NCBI RefSeq assembly: GCF_036321535.1
Contig: NC_087436.1
Span: forward strand, 40,178,001-40,242,000
From: Camelus dromedarius
Taxonomy: Eukaryota
Length of the DNA: 64,000 bases
Reading direction: 5' to 3'
Below the pieces are notes generated by a model. That model was not told the origin of the DNA, did not search any database, and saw only the letters and a program-made list of their open reading frames with translations. Position 1 is the first letter of the stretch; each line of letters opens with the position of its first letter. A program made the translations under genes and the position numbers. This document shows positions 13,800 to 26,040 of the stretch, piece after piece.

Positions 13800-16070
13800 A
13801 ATATCAATGGACTAAGAACTGGATCTTTGAAATGATAAACCAAATTGATAAACCCCGAGCCAGACTCATCAGGAAAATAGGGGCCAAGACAAAACAATCT
13901 AAATTTAAAAAGAAGTTAATATCAATACTATAGAAATACAAAGGATCCTAAGAGATTACTGTGAACAATTATATGACAATGAAATGGACAGAGAAAAATG
14001 GACAAATTCCTAGAAATGTACAATCTCCCAAGACTGAACCAGGAGGAACTTGAAAATATAAACAGACTAATTGCCATTAATGAAATTACCAGTAGTTTAA
14101 AAAACTACCAACAAACAACTGTCCAGGACCAGATGGCTTCATAGGTGAATTCTACCAACTATTTAGAGAAGAGTTAACAACTAGGTTTCTCAAAGTATCC
14201 CAAAAAATTGCAGAAGGAGTGTTTTCAAACTCATTCTATAAGACCAGCATTACCGTGATATCAAAACCAGACAAAGATATCACTAAAAAGAAAATCAGAA
14301 GCCAATATTACTAATGAAATTGATGTAAAAAGCCTCCACAAAATATTAGAAAACTGAATTTAACAATACATTGAAAGGATCACACACCATCAAGTGGGGT
14401 TTATTCCAGGAACACAAGAATGTTTTAGTATCCACATATCAATTTGATACACCACATTAATAAATTAAAGAATAAAAACCATAGTATTACACCAATAGAT
14501 GCAGAAAAAGCTTTTAACAAAAATCAACATCCATTTATGATAAAAACTTTTCAGAAAGTGTGCATAAAGGAAACATACCTTAACATAATAAAGGCCATAT
14601 ATGACAAACCCCACAGCTAACATCATGTTCAATGATGAGAAGCTGAAAATGTTTCCTCTAAGAACAAGGATGCCCACTCCCACCACTTTTATTCAACGTA
14701 GTATGAACGTTGTAGGCACAGCAATCAGATAAGAAAAATAAAAGGAATCCAAACTAGAAAAGAAGTAAAACTGTTACTGTTGGCAGATGTTAACTAGACT
14801 TACTGTGATGATCATTTCATCATATATACAAATATCAACTCATTAAGCTGTACATCTGAAACTAGTGTAATTTCATGTGTCTGGGTATTTATCCAAAGAA
14901 AATAAAACTGCTAATTAGAAAATATCTATTCACCCCTGTGTTCATTGCAGCATTATTTATGGTAGCCAAGGTTTAACCTAAGTGTCCATCAACAGATAAA
15001 TGGAGAAAGAAGATGAGGTATAGATATATAGAATGGAATATTACTCAGCCATAAGAATAAGTGAATTCTTGCCATTTGTGACAACCTGGATGGATCTAGA
15101 GTGAAAAAACTCAAAGAGAAAGACAAATACTGTTCGACTTTACTCCTATGTGGAGTCTAAAAAACAAATGAATAAATATAAGACATAAGTAGAGTTATAG
15201 ATACAGAACACAAATAGGTGTTTTCCAGTGGGGAGGGAAGAAATAGATCAGGGAGGTTAAGAAGTACAAACTTCTGGTTGCAAAATAAATCAGTCTTATG
15301 AAGTGCATAGTGTGGGGAATGTAGTCACCAACTATGTAATATCTTTTTATGGTGACATATCATAACTAGACTTATTATAGTGATCAGTTGGAAATGTATA
15401 GAAATATCAAATTACTATGTTGTATAACAGGAACTAATATAGCACTGTAGGTCCATTATACTTGAAAAACACACACACAAACTCTTAGAAGAAAAATTGG
15501 TGGTCACAGCAGTGAGAGGGGTGGAGAGTGCAGTCCAGTTCATCACTCAGATTAATCTAAAAGCCCCATGTGGACAAAACATTCCTCACTTCTTCCTGTA
15601 GTATCTCTTACTCTCTTTATCAGTACATCATAGGAAGGTTTTCTGTTTAGCAGTGGTAGGAAAATAGACTTCTACTCTTAAGACTGAATCTACCTTAGCA
15701 GCTTGGATTCTGTATCGTTTCTAAGAGGGTGAGGGAATTGGATAAAGGCAGTTTAAAAAGCTACAAAATTCCAACTATAAGATAATTAAGTACTAGGGAT
15801 GTAATGTACAACATGATAAACATAATTAACACTGCTCTATGTTATATATTAAAGTTGCTACTAGAAAATCCTAAGAATTCTTATCACAAGAGAAAACTTT
15901 TTCTATTTCTTTAATTCTGTATCTATATGAGATAACGGATATTCACTAAACTTATTTGATACTCACTTAATCACTTCATGACGTATATAAATCAAATCAT
16001 TTTGCTGTATACTTTACTTATATACAGTTCTGGTTATCAATTATATCTCATTAAAACTGAAAGAAAATAC
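13800..16070 (+). mobile_element. Composite of rearranged LINE-1 pieces: ORF2 (13800-14789), short 3'UTR piece, second ORF2-end/3'UTR (about 14880-16070) carrying a non-L1 insert
   Basis: ORF2 RT-region sequence (ccaggaccagatggcttcataggtgaattctacc; gatgcagaaaaagctttt) followed by L1MA9-like 3'UTR blocks. Confidence 0.85.
15540..15723 (+). repeat. Diverged direct copy of 17984-18164
   Basis: Shared colinear blocks ttaatctaaaagcccca, cttcttcctgtagta, atcataggaaggttttct, actcttaagactg, agcttggattct. Confidence 0.95.
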
Positions 16071-16239
16071 AAAGTTAGCATTTGAGTTCAATCTTAAATA
16101 ACGCATGGCCTAGAGCGGAAATAATCCAACTGGAGTATGATAACCTGTCAGACACTTTGTTGGATCTGGGATTTCAGAAGTGAGATCTATAGACAAGATT
16201 ACTAACTACATTATCTATTTAGTCTAGTGTGGGACATAT

Positions 16240-17640
16240 AGATAATGAGTAAACAAAGAACTTTTCTTTAGGAAAATACAAAGACTCCTTTCACAAGAAA
16301 GTGATCAGTTTAGCTGAATTATACATGCTGATGCCACCCTGAGGTGGGAGGGAGCCTGGTCAGGTTTCAGAGGAAAGAAGAGCTAGCCTGGCTGCTTCGT
16401 GGTGAGTGAGAGAGAGGGAGACTCGGCCAGGTTCTGAAGCTCACTGTAAGGGAAGGCAAAGACTTAGGACTTCTATACAGTGTGATGGGAAGCCAGAGAG
16501 TGGGGAATGAGATGATCTAACTTTCCATAAGAAGTTCTAGTATGTGGATAGAGAATTCTGTGGGGTTGCAAACATGAAGGCTGGTGAACTTGTTGAGAGG
16601 GTATTGGGTAAATGATTTTAGTGTAGACTAAAGAAATAATAGGATGAAAAGGTATTAATATCTTCACAGGATATTTGAGTTTGAACTGAAAGAATTCACT
16701 AATGGGTGGAGAAGTTAGTGGTGATTATATTTTTGGATAGAGAATCTGTATGGTTTGTGAGGACAAATGAATTCTCGAGTTTATCTTTAAACTTGCTGAG
16801 ATCAGGATGCCTGTTATACATACATCTATGTGGAGATAGATATAAAACAGGCAGTTAAGTCAACTATGTAGATACAGAGGGGTGGGTGTAGCTCAGCAGT
16901 AGAATGTGTGCTAAGCATACACGAAGTCTTGGGTTTAATCCCCAGTACTTCCAGTTAAAAAACAACAACAACAACAACACTCAAAAAATAATAACCAACC
17001 AAACAAAAACAGATACAAATGGGAAATGATCAGAAGCTAGCTTCTATGCCTTATTTCATTTTGTCTTCGTAACAAACTTTTGAACGTGATATTATCAAAT
17101 ATACTAGATAGGAAATGGACATTAGGAATATTAAGTAATTGTTAAAAGTCCTGTAGCTTAAAAAGGTAAAATGTAAATTTGGATTCCAGTTTCTATGGCT
17201 TTAAAAGCTATTGTTTTCCCATTGCTTTGAGTGGGTAGTGCAGGGTGTGGCTGGAGGAAACTCCTATGGAAACATCAAAACAAATGAATAAATAATAAAT
17301 ATAAAAAACAGTTAACTAAAAGCCATGATATAGTCATTTGCATTTGAGGAATATGTTCAGTATGGTTAGAACATACAGGTGCTAAGAGAAAATAAATCTT
17401 TGTAAGAGGCAGGTAAGGAACAGATTACAATAGCCATGCTGAGTACTTTTTTCACCTCTGTGAAGTTTCCAAATTATTTAAATCAGGAAAAAAAGACATA
17501 GCTCAATTGGTGTTTTAAAAATATTACTCTGGCATTTTGTGGGAGGAATGACTAGAAGGATCTTAGACTGGAAACAGGAATTTTTCTGTTAGGAAGAGTG
17601 AGCATTTGATTTGCACCAGTATCGATGGGAAGGGATAGGC
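16240..17640 (-). mobile_element. L2 remnants (about 16240-16860 and 17330-17640) with a MIR piece near 17040-17230
   Basis: Purine-rich antisense L2-like motifs (gagcctggtcaggtttcagaggaaagaagagctagcctggctg; gtgatgggaagcca); very diverged. Confidence 0.55.
16879..17010 (+). mobile_element. tRNA-derived SINE (Vic-1-like, camelid)
   Basis: A box tagctcagcagtag, B-box-like gggtttaatcccc, (CAA)n/A-rich tail, TSD agatacaga / agatacaaa (16870-16878, 17011-17019). Confidence 0.85.
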
Positions 17641-18599
17641 ATACATATGTTTGTTAGATCATTCAGAAGTTAAAAATGTTCTATTCTTTCCAATGACTGC
17701 ATTCCCAAAATGAAAAAGAATTATAAGCCAACATAATATAATTTTCTAGATGGAGGCACAAGATTAATGGTGAGGAATTTAAATGGAATAAATATACAGG
17801 CAAGGAGTTAATTTGAAGGTAAATTAATGAAAACAATTCAGTCATACTGGCTCACAATAAAATATTTTTACCCTTAGGAGAGCTAAGAATACCTTCTCAA
17901 GATAGCCAATTAAGTATTTAGTTCATTTAAATTAGTTAATTATGTGGTAAAGAAAACATCTATCTTAAGAGTAAATATTGTAGTCATCACTCAGGTTAAT
18001 CTAAAAGCCCCACATGGGCAAAACATTATTCTCTTCTTCCTGTAGTAGCTCTTGCTCTCTTCATCAGTGTATCATAGGAAGGTTTTCTAGGTTCAGCAGT
18101 GGAAGGAAATAGACTTTCACTCTTAAGACTGCTATCCTGGAGCTTGGATTCTTTATCATTTCCAAAGTGGTCTCTGCTTTTCTAATTTCATCGGGAATTT
18201 TTTTCTTCATTTTGATATGGATGAGAAGCCTTTAATCTGTGTCTTGGTATTACTGACATTATGCAAATACAACATGATATGGTGAGACAATAGAACGCCA
18301 CAGAAATCAACTATAATAACTCATCTTGCAGAGGGGTTGTTATGTATCACAAGTGTAGTTCTATGAAATTTCCAAAGGAGCTATATGGACCAACACAGAA
18401 ATTCCTGCAACATTAAGTGCACATATTCATTCAAATATTTAAGATGTGATCTATAGTCCTGAGAGATTTAAAATTATCTTTCAAGGTAAATGCCAAAGAG
18501 GAAATGCTGTGTTTGAAATGGTGGAAAGAAGAGACGCCTGTTTTGACATCTGGTTAAACCAATAAAAGATTGAAGTTACTATCCTTACAAATTTAACTA

Positions 18600-18970
18600 T
18601 TTAACATTGGGACAATTGATAAGATTTGAATATGGAAGATAGATTAGATATAGTATTGTATCAAAGTTAAATTTTGCTTCATTTCATAATACAATGAAGT
18701 AAGGGAGAATCTTTTTTGAGAGGAAAAACACTGAAATATTTACACATAAAGGGGGTAAATTGGGCATTAGGGCTTCAACATATGAATTTGGATCCAGGAG
18801 GACACAATTCAGTCAATAGCAGAATCTTGGTACAATAATTTTTTCCATTTATTTTTAAAAAATCTGATACATTTGATATATTTGAATTTTTATTAACTTT
18901 AAAAGTGTGGTTATATATATAATGTAAAATTTACCATTTAAAACATTATTAAGTGTACAGTAAAAATGCA
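18600..18970. mobile_element. Cluster of small old fragments: L1ME-like 3' piece (+), MaLR LTR 5' end (-), L1 3' end (-)
   Basis: gatatagtattgtatcaaagttaaattt; gcttcaacatatgaatttg...gacacaattcagtcaatagca; taaaatttaccattt...aagtgtacagt. Confidence 0.5.
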
Positions 18971-18976
18971 ATGGTG

Positions 18977-19108
18977 GGGAGGATATATATAGCTTAAGTG
19001 GCAGGGCACATTCTTGGCATGCACAAGGTCCTGAGTTCAATCCCCAGTACCTCCTCTAAAGATAAATAAATAAACCTAATTACCCCCCCAAATAAAAAAA
19101 AAACAACT
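18977..19108 (+). mobile_element. tRNA-derived SINE (Vic-1-like)
   Basis: ggggaggata...tagcttaagtggcag...ggtcctgagttcaatccccagtacc, then aaacctaattacc and an A-rich tail shared with the copy at 32008. Confidence 0.85.
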
Positions 19109-19109
19109 A

Positions 19110-21860
19110 AAAATGTAACAAATGTAGGAGCACTTCAATATATAACAAAATGTTAACAGAAATAAAGGGAGAAAGTGACAGAACACAATAATAGCCAGGG
19201 ACTTTAACACCCTATGTACATCAATGGACAGATCACCTGGCCAGAAAATCAGTAAGGAAACACAAGCATTAAATGTGTACTGCACCAGATAGACTTAATT
19301 GATATTTATAGAGCATTCCATCTGACAGCAGCAAAATACATAATCTTTTCAAGTGTTCATGGAACATTCTCCAGCATAGACCACATGCTGGGCCACAAAG
19401 CAAGCCTTAGCCTTAGTAAATTTAAGAAAATAGAAATCATATCAAGTATCTTTTCCGACCACAGTGCTCTGAGATTTGAAATCAACTACAGAAAAAAAAA
19501 ACAAAACTGCCAAAAACACAAACGTGAAGGCTAAACAATATGCTACTAAACAACCAATGGCTCAGTGAAGAAATCAAAGAAGAAAAAAATACCTAGAGAC
19601 AAATCAAAATGAAAACAATGGTCCAAAACCTATGGAATGCAGCAAAAACAGTTCTAAGAGGGAAGTTTATAGCAATACAAGCTTACCTCAGGGAAACAAG
19701 AAAAATCTCAAATAAACAACCTAACATTTCCCTAGCTGCTTTACGTATAAGAACAAACAAAACCCAAGGTTAGTATAAATAAAGAAATCATAAAGATTAG
19801 AGCAGAAGTAAAGGAAATAGAGACTAAAAAATTTTAAAGATCAATGAAACTCGAGCTGGTTATTTGAAAAAACCAAAATGGATAAACCTCTAGCCAGATT
19901 CATCAAGAGAAAAAGGGTGAGGGTCCAAATAAATAAAAATCACAAATGAAAATTTACAACGGACATCACAGATATACAAAGAATTTTAAGAGGCTACTAT
20001 GGGCAACTATATGGCAATAAAATGGACACCCAGAAGAAATCAACAAATTCTTAGAAAGGTATGATGTCCCAAGACTGAACCAGGAAGAAATAGAAAATGA
20101 ACTAACAGAACTAAAATTGAGTAAGTAATTTAAAAACTCCCCAACAGAAGTCCAGGACTAGATGGCTTCACAGGTGAATTCTACCACATATTTGGAGAAG
20201 AGTTAATACCTATCCTTCTGAAACTTTCCTAAAAATTACAGAGGAAGGAGCACTTCCAAACTCATTCTATGAGGACACCATCACCCTGATACCAAAACTA
20301 AATAAAGAGATCACAAAAAGAGAAAATTACAATATCACTTATGAATGTAGATGTAAAAATCCTCAGCAGACTACAAGCAAACTGACTCCAACAATACATT
20401 AAAAGGATCATAGACCATGATCAAGTGAGATTTATCCCAGGGATGTGAGGATTTGTCAGTATCCACAAATAAATCAGTGTGATATATCATATTAACAGAT
20501 TGAGGATTAAAAACCATATGATCATCAATAGATGCAGAAAAAGCTTTTGATAAAATTCAACATCCATGTAGCTAAAAACTCTCCAGAAAGTGGACATAGG
20601 GGGAACATACCTCAACATAATAAAGGCCATATATGACAAACTCATGGATAACATCATACTTAATGGGGAAAAGCTGAAAGCATCTCCTCTAAGATCAGGA
20701 ACAAGACAAAGGATGGCCACTCTCCCCACTTTTATTCAACATAGTTTGGTAAGTCCTAGCCATAGCAATCAGAATAAAAAGAAATAAAAGCAATCCAAAT
20801 TGAGAATGAAGAAGTAAAACTGTCACTGTTTGCAGATGACATGATACTATACATAGAAAACCCTAAAGATGCTACCAGAAAACTACTAGAGTTCATCAGT
20901 GAATTTGGTTAAGTTGCAGGATACAAAATTAATATAAAGAAATCTGTTATATTTCTCTACACTAACCATAAACCACCAGAAATACAACTTAAGGAAACAA
21001 CCCCATTTACCACTGCATCAAAATAAAATACCTAGGAATAAACCTACTAAGGAGGCAAAAGACCTGTACTTGAAAACTGTTGGACACTGATGAAAGAAAC
21101 TGAAGATGACACAAACAGATGGAAAGATATACTGTGATCCTGGATTGGAAGAATCAATATTGTTAAAATGGCCATACTACCCAAGGAAATATACAGATTC
21201 AATGCAATCCCTGTAAAACTACTAATGGCATTTTTTCACAGAACTGGAACAAAATTTTTTTTTAATTTTAAAATTTATATGCAGACAGAAGACCCTGAAT
21301 AGTCAAAACAATCTTGACAAAGAAGAATGGGGCTAGAAGAATCAGGTATCCTGACTTTGGACTATACTACAAAGCTTCATTAATCAAAACAATATGGTAC
21401 TGGCACAAAAACAGACACACAGATCAGTGATACAGGATAGAATGTCCAGAAATAAACCCACACACTTATAGTCAATTAATCTGTGACAAAAGAGGCAAGA
21501 ATATACAATGGAGAAAAGGCTACCTCTTCAATAAGTGGTGCTGGGAAAACTGGAAAGCTAGATGTAGAAGAATGAAATTAGAAAATTCTCTATCATATAC
21601 AGAAAAACAGCCCAAAAAAACAAAAACAAAAAAACTCAAAATGAATTTAAGACCAAAATGTAAGACTGGTTAGTCTAAAACTCCCAGAGGAAAACATAGG
21701 CAGAACACTCTTTGACATAAATTGTTGCAATAAATTTTTTTGGATTTGTCTCCTAGAGTAATGGAAGTAAAAGCAAATATAAACAAACCAGTTTAAACCT
21801 CATTAAACTTAAAAGCTTTTGTATGGCAAAGGAAACAAACAAAATGAAAAGACAATATAC
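19110..21860 (+). mobile_element. LINE-1 ORF2 fragment (late endonuclease through RT), truncated at both ends
   Basis: GDFNT-like gggactttaacacc, catagaccacatg, RT motif tttgcagatgacatg near 20830; multiple frameshifts. Confidence 0.92.
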
Positions 21861-24079
21861 AGACAACTACATTCTTGTTATCCAAAAAGCAATTACTTGA
21901 ATATAATTTGAAAAGACCTAATGATTTTTCTACATAGTTGTACATTTTATGGTAAATAAAATACTACTTTTTATTTATCAATTTATTTAATAATTTAAAT
22001 TATGCTTTACTTTTTCATGAGTTGTCATTCTGCCATTTAATTACAAAATGAGTAGTAAACATCACAGATATGAGCAAAAGCTATACTAATAGATGTGCTT
22101 ATATTTTAAGTAATGTAGATGCTATGCATTAAAAAGACTATATTCAATATTCTGTATCATAATAAACTGCTTCATTTCTCATCATACAATATTTCAACAA
22201 AGTTATTCTTTTTATCACACAAAAAGGAAGCCATGTTGAAATATGGCTGTTGGGTGGGTGGTCATTTAGGTACCCTTAGTAAGGACTTCATTTTATCATG
22301 TAGTTTTCAAAATTCATATTCACGCCTTATAAAGTTATTTATCATGTGTGCAACTGTAGAAATGGGTTAGTATAAGAAGATCAAAGTAATATTATCTGAA
22401 ATATTCAAATATACGAGTTTAAAGTTTTTCATTTGCCTTACATATCTGCCAACATCACCACTTATTTATGTGCCCAAATACTGAAATGCTAAATTTATAT
22501 GTACTAGTTGCAGAAGTTTTAATGTTGGTGGTAGTTTATTGAAGAATTGTATTAAGTTGTTAGAGAAACTTCTTTTGTTCAACAACTAGAGATTTCAAGT
22601 CAACTAAACCAAAACATAATTTAAAAAAAATGAAATCAGAGCACACTAAAACCCACAGTAGATTCAAATTCTTAAAGGATATAACAGCATAAATTTCCTA
22701 ATGTGACATCAACACTACAGTACTACCTCATGTCAATGAAAAATAGAGAAGTTTTAGCAGAGCATAGAGAAAATAAATGAGAAAAGAGACAAATGGAAGG
22801 AAAAACTGCAAGAAAATAATACATACAAGACATTCATTTTTGAAGCAGAGCTAAAATAATTTTTATTAAAAATGATATAAAAATTATCCTATCATTTATA
22901 TGACCTTTAGTGTTCTTTAAAAAGCTTGCAAGAGAAAAAAATTAAAAAGAATTTTTATAATGAATGTTTTTATATTATATTATAATATTATATATATTAT
23001 AATGAATGTTTCTTTAAGGAAAATGTATTTGCTATGATTGAAATTCCTATTTTTTTTTTTCTGCTTCCCTAATTTTCTTCTTGGTGACTGCTATTAATTC
23101 AGTTTTAGTTTGAAGCTGAAACTATCAAATGACTATGGTAACACAAATTACTAAAAAAAGCATTTACTGAAATTTTATTGGATTGCATTTTTTAAACAAA
23201 GTATATTCCTCTGTCTGAAAATATTTAATGGAAATAGGAGGGTTAGAAAAGTGGTCATTGTATATGCCAAATATGTGATTTTCTGGCTTTATGGAGCATT
23301 AAACTACCTTATATAAGAGTCATTAAACAGTAAGGTATTACTGTTGAAAATTCATTGAATGTTTTCAAATTTAATGTACAGTTAATAAAATAAGAATTTA
23401 TAAAAATTTTCTATTAAAATAGAAAAGCTATATTGACTCAAATATTCTATTTGAAATTAAAGAATATTTCATGTTATTATAAAGTTTATATTTTATGAAG
23501 AGACAAATGCCATAGGGGAAGAATGGACAGTTATGAGTTTGAATATTGATTTTATCATTTAGTAGCCAGTTAACTTTAGATTTTGCCTAATCATTCTGTA
23601 TATTATGGTTGGTTTGTTTTCATTTGGGTCCTGACTTACTTCACAGATTTTGGGTTAATACTAATGGTATAATTAATCTCCCCAAAACACCTAGTAATGT
23701 CTGACACCTTTAGTTAATATTTACATTTTTGTATTCACAGAAGCTCTTCTTACCCTCTACAGTCCTACTCATTTCATTGACTGATGCTGTCTATACTTTT
23801 GATTTAAAAAAAACTGATGGTAAGTCAGACATTTAGGAAATAATTACAGCATTTTGTGTGGACAGGATAATGGTAAAAGACTGGAAAATCTTATAAAATC
23901 TATGAAAGATTATATACTTGTATTGATTAGTAGGTTGATTTACTCTGAGTAAACTGAAATAAACCAAAACTGAAAACTATAAATATGTTATTAATAAGGC
24001 TCAGCTAGAATTTCTAGTAATAAACCCATGTTTAAATAAAAAGCCTTGTCCCCTACATCAAACAATGGCCAAAGAGGTC

Positions 24080-26040
24080 AGAGGAATTATATTAGGAAGA
24101 TGCCTAGTAGCAAGCCCTGGACCCTCGTTCCCCAACAAACACACAATTTCAGTAACAATTCATGAACACATTCCCTTTGTGAGAAGTCAGAAATGAATTC
24201 AAAGTCTCTTACACCCCAGGAGAACACAAAGACAGACTCACTGAACAAGTAGGGAGATTCAAGATACCTGCTGACTAAAGACTGCCTCTAGTACAGTGCC
24301 ATGTGATCAGGAAGAGACTCTATACCTCTCAGCTTCATTCAAGAAGAGAAGGCTTTGCTTATGCATCTAGCACCCCAACTTCTCCAAGGGAGATACACAG
24401 AAGTCTGGCTTCTGTCTTGGCCTTCTTGAAAGTCTAATGTTCCAGCACAAGATAGCTGCCCAGGGGAGTACAGAAATGGTGACTTGGGCTGGCAGACATC
24501 ATTGTTCCCACTCCCTGCCCAGCACAGAGTGAACAGGCAAAAATGACACGCTCAGCTTCCTCCCTGGAGAGGGAAAGAGTTTATCTGTGCATCAGTATTG
24601 AAACTTCTCTGGGGCTGCCCAGAGAACTAAATTTTCTCTTACCACCTTTGAAGCTCATTCAAGTTCAGCACTGAGACAAGGAGAGGTGCCAGTCTATGAA
24701 GACTACAAGAAGTGACTGCTTTGTCCAATGCACAAACATCAAAAAGAGAGTCAAGAAAAATAAAGAATCAGGCAAAGATATCCCAAAGGAACAAGATAAA
24801 TTTTGAGAAACTGACTCTAATGAAACAGAGTTATATGATTTACCTAATAGAGAATTTTAAAATGACTCTTGTAAAGATGCTCACCTAAGTCAAGAGAACA
24901 ATCTATGTACAAAGTGAAAATTCCACAAAGAGACAGAAAATATTAAAAAAAAAAATACTAAACAAATCATGGTAACTGAAAATTTGATTATAAATTTTAA
25001 AATAATATTAGATCAAACAGAACAAAGGATCAGTGAACTCAAAGTCAAATCAGGAGAAATAATTCAATCAGGAAAGAAAAATGATTTTTTAAAAATGTGA
25101 ATATATTTTATGGGACTTAAGGGATATCTTAAGTGAAATAATATATGAATTATAGGAATTTGAGAAGGAGAGGAAAGGACCAGAAAGCTTATTCCAAAAA
25201 AATGGCTGAAAACTTCCCAAATCTGGGTATGGAAATTAACATATAGATACAAATAGCTAGCTGAAATGTAATCAAATAATAAAAACCCAAAGAAATTATC
25301 AAGTCAAAGACAGAGAATTTTGTAAACAAAAAGAGGACAGCAACTTGTCACATACAAGGGGATCTCCATAACATCATGGAAATAATTTTTAGCAGAAATT
25401 TTGCAAGCCAAAAGTGAATGGGTGATATATTCAAAGGCTGAAAGGAAAAGAATGCCAACCAAAAATACAGTATCTAGCAAAACTGTCCTTCCAAAATAAA
25501 GGAGTGATAAAGACTTTCCCATACAAACAAAAACTGAAGGAGTTCATAACCACTAGACCAGCCCAATACAAAATATTACAGAATATTACATTACTGAAAT
25601 GGTGGTGGGTAGATAACTTAATCCTAGTATAAAAGTATTAAAAATAACTATAACTAAAATGTTAAAGATACACAACATAAATAGATGTTAATTGTGACAA
25701 CACCTAAAATGTGGATAGATGAGACATTAACAGAGTTTTTGTATGGAATTGAACTTAAGTTTGTTATCAGCTTAAAATAAATGAAATATCCTATAACAAC
25801 AATGTAAGTCCCAAGGTAACCATACACACATAAAATAGCTACAGAAGTTACACAAAAGAAAAAGAAAAGAATCAAAGCATATCAATAGCAAAAAAAAAAA
25901 AAAAAGGAAAAGAACCCCCCTCCAAAAAAAAAGAACTAAAAAAATCATGAGAAAAAAACAAGGTGACAATAAATTTTTTCTATAAATTATTACTTTAGAT
26001 GAAAATATAGACTATATACCCCACTGAAAAGACATAGTGA
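24080..26040 (+). mobile_element. Older LINE-1 5'UTR, ORF1 and inter-ORF region, cut off at the start of ORF2
   Basis: ORF1 remnants (aatggctgaaaacttcccaaatctggg; catacaaggggatctccataac) and ORF2-start-like ccactgaaaagacatag before the next element. Confidence 0.8.

Noticed and set aside
17984..18164. C/D snoRNA idea for the duplicated segment (TGATGA and CTGA words on the minus strand)
   Set aside because: Box order and spacing are unconvincing and no terminal stem is visible.
18026..18405. Protein-looking minus-strand frame ending ...PRKPSYDTLMKRARATTGRRE as a terminal exon or pseudo-exon
   Set aside because: Four internal stops in about 125 codons is compatible with random AT-rich DNA, and no homology was recognised.
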